The notes under the pieces: model-generated
Databases searched by the model: none
Told to the model about the DNA's origin: nothing
What the model saw: only the letters and a program-made list of their open reading frames with translations
Part shown: piece by piece, positions 25,946-37,900 of the stretch
How positions within the stretch are numbered: position 1 is the first letter of the stretch
How the letters are laid out: every line of letters begins with the position of its first letter
IMG/VR virus record: IMGVR_UViG_3300033273_000460
Coordinates: 32,001-96,000 of that record
Source of the DNA: a virus
Reading direction: 5' to 3' (one strand)
Length of the DNA stretch: 64,000 bases
Position numbers and translations under genes: made by a program

Positions 25946-28900
25946 TGGCATTGCGTAAACATTCACAACTGCTCCCGGGCGTATTTCAAACTTCTCGTAA
26001 TCAAAAGTTTTTAAATGCTACACTGGACCAATTGAACAGTGAACCAAATAATGTTCGCATCAATCAGTACATTGGACGTTCACCAACTAGAAGTTATGTC
26101 AAAGGTGATGGTTATATTACAGAAAGTACTGCTCTTAGGCAAAGCTACCAACTAGAACCAGCAGTTGTATATCGCAACAGTGCTGGTGAGGTAGAAAGTG
26201 TTGATGGTATCATTAATGCTGTTAACAGTATAGCATTTAACAATGGCGATACAAATAATTTACACAACTTGGTAACTCAACAATATTACAACTACGAAGG
26301 TTGGGTTGACAATGACAAATTGATCAACTATGGTGAATACTTTTGGTTGCCTAAAGGACCAGATGTTGTTAATGTAGGCGGCAGTGCCGTTGACCCAGAA
26401 AAAGATTTTACAGTAAACCGTAGTGACACAACCCGTATCACAGAATTATACGACAGCAATCCCTATGATAGTCAACCATTTGCTGAATACTTTGAAGACA
26501 TCAGCACAGCAACAAGTTATTATACATTTAATAATGATGCAGATCAAAACCAAACAATTTATCTAGCTAGAGGTGGTGAGTATACCTTCACTGTTGATCA
26601 ACCAGGATTTCCTTTCTGGATCCAAACTGAAATTGGTATAAGTGGTATTAGCACAAGTCAAAGCAATATCAGCACAAGAGAAGTTGCTGGTGTTGTAAAC
26701 AATGGCGAAGACGATGGTGTAATCACATACAGAGTTCCAACAGTAGATGATCAAAATTATTATGTAAATTTACCTGTAACTGCTAATGTAGACCTAGCAA
26801 CTGATTTAACATGGAAGCAACTGCACAACCAGCCATTGGCAAATATACTTGCCAATGGCGGCATTGACACACTGACCAGTTTTGATGGTAAAACACTAGT
26901 GTTTGCAAATCAAAATCTTAATGAAAGAGAATGGGAAGCTGGTGCACTGTTTGACAGTGTAGGATTTGATGACCCTGAGGGTTTTGACCCTACAACTGTT
27001 ATCAGTATAGCAGATCGTTACAGTGTATACAAAATTAACGTAACTAACATTGCTGGCACAGACTACGTGCTGCTAACCAAACTTAGCGATATACCTCAAT
27101 ACACCAAAGTAAAAATTAAACAAGGTGTTACCTACGGATCACGTGAACTATACAAAAATGTAGATGGATTATTAGAACTTATTCCACCTATCACTGCAGA
27201 CAATAATGTACTATACTACAGAGATGGTGTAAACGAAAACATGTTTGGACGCATTGTATTGGTAGACATTGGCAATGCACAAACTATTAATGTCACCAAT
27301 GACATCATTGGACAAAATGATTATACTGCTCCAAATGGTGTTGTGTTTACAAACGGATTAAAAATTGAATTTGACAGTACTGTGTTACCTGAAAGTTATC
27401 AGAACAACACCTACTACATTGAAGGTGTAGGACAACGCAGTGGTATTTGTTTGGTTCCAGAAGTTGATCTTAGCACACCAGAAACATTCACAAACAGCCT
27501 CAGCGAACCTTTTGATAGCATAGGATTTGATGCAGGTAATTTTGATGGTACAGAGTTTGCTCCAAGTGACCCTGACTACATTGTAATGAACAGGGCATGC
27601 CGTGATAACAATGCTTGGAGTCGTTACAACAGATGGTTCCACAAAAGTGTTATTGAAGCAGCAGCAGCATACAATGATTTCACTGTGACTGTTGATTATA
27701 CTGCAAGAGCAAAACGCCCTATTGTAGAATACCGTGCAGGTCTACAACTGTTTAATCATGGCATTAATGCAAAACAGCCTGTGAGTATTTTTGATGTTAC
27801 ACAAACAGACGCACTCAGCAATGTAGCAGGAACCACAGGATACTATGCAGATGGTATCAACTTAGATCCACAAATGCGTATTGTGTTCAGTGCTGACACT
27901 GATGAAAATGTAAGGAAAACAGTCTACAGAGTTGACTTCATTGACCAAGACGGCGATATTACAACAGATAAAATTATAAACTTGGTACCTGTTGATACCA
28001 TTACAGAAGATGACTGTTTGGTTGCAAAATTAGGCACTACAAATCAAGGTAAAATGTTCTATTTCAAAAATGGTGTATGGAACGAAAGTCAACAAAAGAC
28101 AGAGTTGTTTCAAGATCCATTGTTTGATATACACAACGGAAGTCATGTTAGTTTAAGTGATACCACTGCATATCCTGACAGTTCGTTTGTAGGAACAAAA
28201 CTATTCAGTTATAAACGCAACAACAACGCTGCCAGTGACAGTGTGTTAGGCTTTGGTTTAAGTTATAAAAACTTTAACAACATTGGCGATATTGTTTTTG
28301 ATAACAACTTTATCTCAGACACATTCACATATACAAAACCAAGCACAGGCAAACAAACAAGTATTATTGTTAAAAGTGGACATGCTCATTCTTATGATTA
28401 CAACACAGGTGCTCGCAGACTTGAAAATGGCTGGCGTAGAATCAACGTTGAAAGCAAAGACTTCCAGATTGTAAGATACGAAGTTGTAGATGAGTTTTAC
28501 AGTTTTGAAATTGGATGTCAGCCTTACCAAAACAATACCAGCACAAATTTAAAAGTATACATCAACAGCAAGTTCCTAGAGCCAAGCAAGTATACTGTAC
28601 TAAGTCAAAACAACAAATACTATGTGGTGCTTGATACTGCAGCACAAGTAGATGATGTTGTAGTAATAAAAGTATTCAGCAATGACCTTACTTCGTTAGG
28701 CTATTTTGAAACACCTGTAAACTTAGAAAACAATGCCAACAACACAGATTTCACTGACCTAACACTAGGACAAATGAGAAATCATCACATTGAAATTGGA
28801 GAAAATATTCCAACCTTGTCTGGTAGTATACTTGGTGCTAACAACATGAGAGACATCGATGTTGCTCAGTATGCTGGTAAAATACTACAGCACAGTGCAG

Positions 28901-31900
28901 GTGCAATTATTCCGTTCTATTTGCTTACAAATGAAAAAGCAAACATCATTGATGCTATAAAGTTTAGCAGCACTGAATACACAAGATTCAAAAATAGATT
29001 CATAGACAATCTTGACAAGTTAGATTTAGATCTACTTGATGCAGCTGGCAGTGTTGACAAAATACTAGAGACAATGGTAGGCAGTAAAACCAATGCATTT
29101 CCTTTTTACTACAGCGACATGGTTGGTTGGGGCAATCAAAAAAGCACATACAATTATACACTAGACAACATTCAAGAAAGATTTTATGAGTTTGGCACAC
29201 AGTTTGACCTAAATGATGTTAGTCAACGCAGTGTCCTAGTTTACCTCACAAACAGCAAAAACCAAAAGCAACAACTTGTACACGGTCGTGATTATACCTT
29301 TGACACAGAAGTTGCTGGAATTCATCTTGACACTAATTTAACCATAGCAGTTGGAAATGTGTTAACAATTGTTGAATATACAGACACAGATGGCAGTTTT
29401 GTTCCGCCTACTCCAAGTAAACTTGGACTATGGCCAGCAATTGAACCAAGTGTGTACCTTGAACAAAACTTTGGTTATGAAGATACCGGCACTGGTCCAT
29501 ACAAAGTGTACGGAACACTTGATCCAAACTACACACAACATGGGCAAGGACAATTGGGTTTTGCATACCCTTTGTATACCACTTATGAAGCAGCACAGGC
29601 TGCTGATAGAGCTGCTGGTGGTGATGGCACAGGCATTCATATTCACAAGTTTATAGGTACACCACAACTTTTCTATATGCCTGCCGCAGCAGGTTTGCCA
29701 CAGCATGGAGCACAGGATAACTCCACCATTGATTATTATCCAGGTGTGCGTACAATCATTAGAGGGCATGATGGTTCACGTTACGTTGGTTTTGGCGATG
29801 TACGTGACAGTATCATTTTTGAATACGAAGCTAGAGTATACAACAATATCAAAACTGTTTACAGCAATGAATTGTTTGATTGGCAGGAAGTACTAACTGG
29901 TTATGCTCGCAGTACTCAAGAAGATAGAAAAATTGAAAATGATATACTGCGTAGCAGTTATGGCACCTGGGCAGAAAAGAATCGTATAGACATCACTAAA
30001 AATGATACATTTAGTGTAGCAAATGCATTTACATGGAACTACTCCCAAAGCCAAAATAAAAATACTGGAGATACATGGCCGGGCGGCTGGAGAGGCATAT
30101 TCAATTGGTTGTATGACACCGAAACTCCACACTTAACTCCATGGGAAATGTTAGGACTATCCTCAAAACCAAGTTGGTGGGATTATCGTTATGGTGCAGC
30201 TCCTTATACAAAAGGTAACACTGTGTTGTGGGAAGACCTACGTGATGGCAAGTTATACAGTGATGCAATCAGCAGTGAATACACCACGCTGTCAAGATAC
30301 CAACGTCCAGAGCTGTTAGATTTTATTCCAACAGACGAACAAGGTAATCTTCGTCCTCCTGCAGATTTTGCCTGCAAAGATTTATCTGTTAGCACTGCAA
30401 ATGGCACTTGGCGTTTTGGTGACTATTCACCACAAGAAACTGCTTGGAGAACCAGCAGCGAATGGCCATTCGCTGCACAATTGTTAGGGATACTACGCAA
30501 GCCCGCAAAGTATTGTAGTTTGCTATGGGATACAAATTTATTTGAATACAACAGTGCATTTGATCAAATACTACAGAAAAACAGGACATACAGACCAAAC
30601 CTTGCAGACTACTGCTTGCACGGCGTTGCTGACAGCAACGGCACAATAAGTCGCAGAGAAGGTTATAATCAATTTATTTTCAATCATCTTGTGTACAACA
30701 ACTTCAGTGCCAGTGATGTTGAAACAAAGGTAAGAAATCTAGAACTAAATCTTTGTTATGCTGTTGGTGGTTTTACTGACAAAAACCTACTCAAAGTTGT
30801 AGCAGAAACAGCAACACCAAACACCAGCAACAACACAATTTTTGTTCCAGATGAAAACTACACTATCTTTTTAAGCAAAAGCACTCCGCTAGAGCGTGTG
30901 GTGTACAGTGGTGTGCGTATTGTTCGTGTTGAGAATGGTTATAAGATCACAGGTTACGACAGTGCCAATCCGTTTTTTAAAGTTGTTCCTAGTAAAAAAT
31001 CACAGAACACTAGAACATTCAGTATAGGACCTGACACTGGTTTTAGTGTATATGATGATTATAATCCTTATATTGTAAATCTAGCATATGGTACAGTTTT
31101 GTCAACCAAGCAGCAGGTGGTAGATTTCCTAAACAGTTTACAAAGATACTATGTAAACAAAGGAATTGTGTTTGACAACGACAACGGTGACTTTATTCAA
31201 GCTGCAAAAGAGTTTGTGTTCTGGAGTCAACAAGGATGGGAAACAGGCAGTGTGTTTACTGTTAGTCCTTTGTATGATAGAATTAAAATAAATCGTAATT
31301 TTACAACAATAGATGATCTAAGTCAAACCATAAGTTTACGTGACGTCAATGGCAAACCTATTGCTAAAACAGATTATAAAGTTAGTCGCATAGACAACGA
31401 AACTATAGTTTATGTTAACTCAGAAAACACAGTGTTAGCAAGTGCTGTGATAAATCCTATACAGTATGAACATGTGTTGGTATTAGACAATGAAACTATT
31501 TTTAATGATCTAGTGTATCAACCAAATCTAGGCAACAGACAAGATAGATTAAAATTAATTGGACAAAAGACAGGAGACTGGAATGGTACACTGCACGCAC
31601 CAGGTTATATTGTAAGTGCAGATAGTTTTAATATTTGGTTAGAAAATAAAAGTTACAGCAAAGGGGAATATGTAAGTTTCCGCAACAAAGAATATGTAGC
31701 CAACCAAGATCATTCAGGAACATCAACTTTTGATTATGACAACTGGGATTTACTACCTAATTATAAATCAGGTTTGTTAAAAAATATTGCACATCGCAGT
31801 TCACAATTTGAAAACTTTTACAACATTGACATACTCAATATTGAAAATGATGTTGATTTAGCAGGCAAAGGACTTATTGGTTTCCGTAGTAGAGAATGGT

Positions 31901-34900
31901 TAGAAAACTTAGGCTTAGATGACGTTAGCCAAGTAAAGTTCTATCAAGGATTGCTCAAGGGCAAAGGTACTAGCGATGTTATCAACAAACTTATCAATGC
32001 TGACCTTACAAACCTAAATCAAGAAATTGATTTCTACGAAGAGTGGGGCTTTAGAGTTGGCGAGTATGGTAGTAATGAAAGCAATCAGGTTGTTGAAGTT
32101 ATAGTAGATGAAAGTAACAGTCTTAACAATCCAATCACAGTTGAATTTTTAGGTGATGGCGAGAGTGTAGAAAAAGAACAAAATTTAGGCATCACTGCCA
32201 GTGACTTGTACAAAACACCAGGAGGCTTTACAAAAGATCTTTGGAAAGTAAGAACTGCTAACACCAAGCAGACTGATTTGGACCATGTTGGTTATCCACG
32301 CTTAGATGATGTTGATTACACAGTTGTAGAAAACTTTACCGACTTAGAACCACAAATACAAGATCTTGGCAGAGGTGATAAAGTTTGGATCGCTCGCGAT
32401 GCTGCAACAGCTGGTCAATGGAATGTTTATCGCATTGATGAAACAGAAACAAGTGTTAGTGAGATCAGCTCAACCAATACAGGATTGTTAAACGTTACAC
32501 TCGATGGTAATCATGACCTAGCAAAAGACGATTGGATCATTCTAAAAACTGATGAATTTTACGGTGGTATCTATCAAGTACAACGTATTCTCAGCAACCG
32601 CAGTTTCCAAATTCTAAGTGAGTTTGAACTTCCAGAACCTATAGAAGAAATCAATAGTGTTCCTGTTTACAAATTTGTAAGCAATAGATTTACAAACTTA
32701 AAAGACTTGAGCAGTTACACACCATTGTATGGTTTCTTCCAAAACGAACTTGTTTGGGTAGACAGTGACGAAAACAATCGTTGGGCAGCCTACCAAAAGA
32801 AATTGCCATGGACACAAAATGATGTCATAACCAGTACAAGCATTGCTGCAGCAGGACACATGGGCGAAAGTGTTAGCATTGCCAAAGACAGCAACATTGC
32901 ACTGGTTGGTGCTCCTGATAGTGCAGAAGGCAGAGTCATACACTACAAAGTTGACAGCACCACAAATAGATTAACACAAGCAAGTGTTAAAAAAGTTGTT
33001 ACAAAAACTGTTGTAGATGAATATGGATATAGTGTAGCCAGCGGAGATGTTTGGCACGCAGTTGGTGCTCCAGCAACCAACACCGGAACTGGTGCAGTAT
33101 TTCTCTACACTAGAGATAGTAACAACGATCTAACACTATCACAAATACTTGGATATAATGCAAGTGCTGGAAGATTTGGACACAGTATTGCAATCAGCAA
33201 CAACGAGCAATACATGGTAATTGGATCGCCTGGGCGATCCAGCAGCACTGGTAGAGTTCATGTATTTGGATATAGAAATGTTGATCCAGCTGATGAAGAA
33301 ACTGTTACAATCACTGGAACAGGCACAGACACATATGCACTAGGATTTAGTCCACTTTCGCAGCACAGCCTACTGGTAGTTGACGACCAAGGCACCTACT
33401 ATATTCCAAATATAGACTTTACTACTAGTGGAAGTAACATTGTATTCACAACCAATTTAAATGCTCCGCGTGTGGTTAGTGCAACACAAAAAAGTCACTG
33501 GGCACAAGCTGATTTCATTACCAGTAGCAACAGCACTACCGGAGACCAATTTGGTTACAGTGTAGACATTGATGCTACAGGACGCACCATTGTGGTAGGT
33601 GCACCATATGCAGACCTTGCAGACAGCACTAGCACAGTGTTCACAGATGCAGGAGAAGTTTATGTATACAACAACACAGTTGAGGCATTTACAGCAGACG
33701 GAACCAGTAAGACATACAACACCACCAACACCATTGATGCTGATGGCGTAACAGTAACAGTTGATGGCACTGAGTATGTGAATGTAACTGCTGGCAAACT
33801 AGCAGGCGAGACAGAAGCAAGTGCAATCAATCATTACAGTGTAAGTGGTAACAGTATCACTTTCAGTTACGCACCTGCTAAAGATGAAATTATTCGTGTG
33901 TGGACAGGAACCTACAAAGAGACTCAACGCATTGATCAAAACATCACAGGCGAGTCACTAACTGAAGATGAAAACTTTGGTTATAGTGTTGCAATTAATA
34001 CCTATGGAAGTGCTATTGCAATTGGTTGTCCAGGAGAAGATGAAACCAATCCAAACACAGGCAGCGTGTTTGTGTTTACAGACACAGGTTTACGTTTTGG
34101 CACAGTAAACACAGAAACAACACTGCACAGTCTAGATTACTTTGAGAATGAATCATTGTTTATCAATGACTTTGAGGTTACTGCAAGTGCAGACGACACA
34201 GACATACAACAGTTTATTGCAGACATAACAACTGCAAACATTGCAGGTGTAAGTGCAGCAAACAGAGAAACAGCAACACATCAAGCAACAATCTCAACAA
34301 CCACAACAACACCAAACGAACGTTTGAGAATACGACCCGGCAAAGGTGCACTGTTTGATAAAGTTGCAGTAACACCATTTGTGTTAACACAAAAAATTAA
34401 TCATCCTAGTTTGTTTGAAAACGAAAACTTTGGTAAGAAGGTTGCATTTGACAAACACATCAATGCCAACGGTGTTAGCACACAGAACCTAGTGGTAAGC
34501 AGTGATCGTAGCAGCACACTATTGCCTGTAGGATTTGATAAAATCACAGACACATCAGATCCTGATTACAACACATATGCTACCACATTTGACGATGACG
34601 GCACACTGTTCATAGACAGAGAAACACAAAGTGGTGCAGCATATGTTTACGAATTTACCAGTGCTCCATACGAAAGCATTACAAATTATCCACAGCATCT
34701 ATTCCAGCAACAGTTAACATCAAGCACAATAGACAAACTAGACGAATTTGGAAGTGCCATTGCAATCAACAACAAGCGTGTATTAGTTGGCAGTAGACGA
34801 GATGATGAACTAGCAGTTGATGCAGGCAGTGTGTATGAATTCAACACTGACACTGGCATTGGATGGGTAAAGAAACGCACACAAGCTGACAAAGTTGACA

Positions 34901-37900
34901 TCAGTTTGTTTAACCGTGTGGTAACATACAACACAGAAGAACAAGAAATTATTACATTCTGTGATTACATTGATCCATACAAACTTAAAGTTGCAGGCAT
35001 AGCACAACAAGAAATAGATTACTTTACAGACTTTGATCCTGCAAAATACAACACATGGAATGACGAACACATAGGTCGTGTGTGGTGGGATCTAAGCACT
35101 GCAATGTTTATTGAATATGAACAAGGTGAACTTGATTATCGCACACAGTATTGGGGCAGAATGTTCCCGGGCACATCACCAGATGTTTACGAATGGGTTG
35201 AAAGTGATGTCCCTCCTGCACAATACACAGGCGAAGGCACACCACGTAGCACAACCGCTTACAGTGTTGCTGAACAGGTTGACAGTGCAACTAATACGTC
35301 TCAAACATTTTATTACTTCTGGGTCATTGGAAAGGAAAGTATTCCTAATTTAGAATTTAGATCAACAAGCACACAAGCAGTTGCAAGAGCAATTGAAAAT
35401 CCAATAGGTAACAATATCAAGCATGTTCAATTTATTGCACCTGATGCATTTAATCTTGTTAATATAACTCCAGACCTAGACAGCAACAAGGTTGCAGTTA
35501 GCATCAACTATGACAGAATTGCAAATGACGGCATACTACACAGTGAGTTTGATTTGGTCAGCAAAGGCGATCCTTTGCAAGAAATACCGAGCAGAATATG
35601 GAATAAAATTGTAGACAGTTGTGCTGGCAAGGACGCAGTAGGCAATGCAGTTCCAACAGCAGGGTTAAGTGCTGCTGAACGTTATGGTATTAGCATACGC
35701 CCAAGACAAACACTGTATCGAAATAGATTCAAAGCAATACAAGTATTTGTTGATTATTGTAATCAGCAATTTAGAAATTTTCCTGTAATTAGGCAAGCAA
35801 ATATTAACAACTTCCTAGCTAAAGATGAAGTGCAGCCAACAAGTGCAAGCGGACTTTGGGACAAAAAAGTAAACAGTATTGAAGAAAGAGATTACTTAAA
35901 CACAGCACTATTTGCAACAGGGTACAATGTGTTAGTAACCAGTGACAGTACACAAAACGGTAGATGGAGTATCTACCAACTACAAAGTGATGACACTTGG
36001 ACACGCACACGAACTCAAAGTTATGACACAACTGAACAGTGGAGTTATAAAACTTGGTATGCACCAGGCTTTAATGAATTTACAGTGCCACTTTACCAAG
36101 TTGATCTAGAAGCTGATCTAGAAACACTAACAGATGCCACTGTTGGCGAACTGGCCAAAGTATTGAGCAATGACGATGGTAATGAAAGCAGTTTTGAACT
36201 GCAAAGTGATGGCACATGGCGTGAAGTAATAATCAGCAACGGCACAGTTGAATTTAAAACTACACTGTATACAGATTACAACAGCGCAAGCACAGATTTT
36301 CCTGCAGATGAAATGCGCAACTTGCTAAGTGCGGTAAAAAATGATATATTCATTAACGACAAAGCACTAATGATGAACGAACTGTTCTTTAGAATGGTAG
36401 AGTACAATCTAGACGAATACGGCATTGTACATCCAGACTGGGTGTTAAAAACTTCATTTATTCGTGTGTCACACAAGTTGCGAGATTTAGTACAGTATCC
36501 AACTTTCCGCAACGATAACAGTGAATTTGTTGAAACATTCATTAACGAAGTGAAACCATACAAAACAAAAATACGAGATTATACAACACGTTTTGCTGGC
36601 GATGACAACTTTGCAGGTGACGTAACAGACTTTGATACACATGCATTTTATGACCAAGATCTAACACTGTTTAGAAAACCCAGCGGTGACTATGCTGGTG
36701 ACGAAATCCTTAGAACACAAGGACTAAACACACCATGGGGCGAAAATTACACCTATCGTGTTGATGAAATTGAAATTTACACTGCTGGCACTGGATATAT
36801 TGTAGAACCAACAATTACTATCAGTGCACCGGATGTAGAAGGTGGAGTACAAGCCACTGCAGTCGCAATCACAAATGGTAGTGCAATCATTGCTGTGAAC
36901 ATGACCAACAAAGGCAGTGGATATACCACAATACCAACATTGACAATAAGTGGAGAAGCAGGAACTGGTCTAAAACTTATTCCAAGACTTAAGAATGATG
37001 CAATAAGAGAATTTGATCTAACATTGAAATTTGATCGTATCACATTCAGTGCTACAGTTAAAGATTGGACTGCTAACACTTCATATGATTACTTGGATTT
37101 GATTGCATATAAAAATACCAACACAGGCATACAAGAAGTATACCAAGTTGACGTCACTGGTGGGTTCACAAGTGGTGCAACATTCAGTGCAGAAACTGCA
37201 AATGGTACCACTGCTCTTGTGATTTATGCAGACGAAAGTATTGCTAACAACGCAGACAGAATTGCAGCATACTATACACCAACAACAGGAATGATTGGCG
37301 ATGATTTAAATCTGCTGCAGATAGGTACAGACTACACAGGCACAAGAGTAGCAGGACTAGGATTTGATCAATCACCTGGATTTGACAGTGCAAGTTTTGA
37401 TCGCAGTGGTTTTGATTCCTTTGAAATTGACACAGATGGTCTTGAGGTACTAGCAGGTACCTTGATTGATTCAAACATTCGCAGCACATTTACTGACAGT
37501 TTACTTGGTACACGACCAGAAGATGTTGATATCAACGGTGGTAAGTTTGTTGATGTATACAACAGTCATGCACCAGAAGAATTTGTTCCGGGTAGAGTGT
37601 TTGATACACTAGACATTGAAGTTTACACAGATCCAAGTGATGACTTTGAGTACGATGGCAATGGATTTAACATTGTAACAAGAGCATATGTCAGCGATGG
37701 TACCACAAGCACATTTAGTTTTGCAAGCACCAGTTTAGCACAAGACGTTGATAATGTTTACGTTTGGGTTGGTTCACAACGCCAGTATGATGCAACAGTA
37801 AATCATACAGCAAGAACTGTTACACTGAGCACGACACCAAGTGTGGGCGTAGGAATTAACATTTATGGTTATGGATTCACTGGAGAAAAAATAACACACG

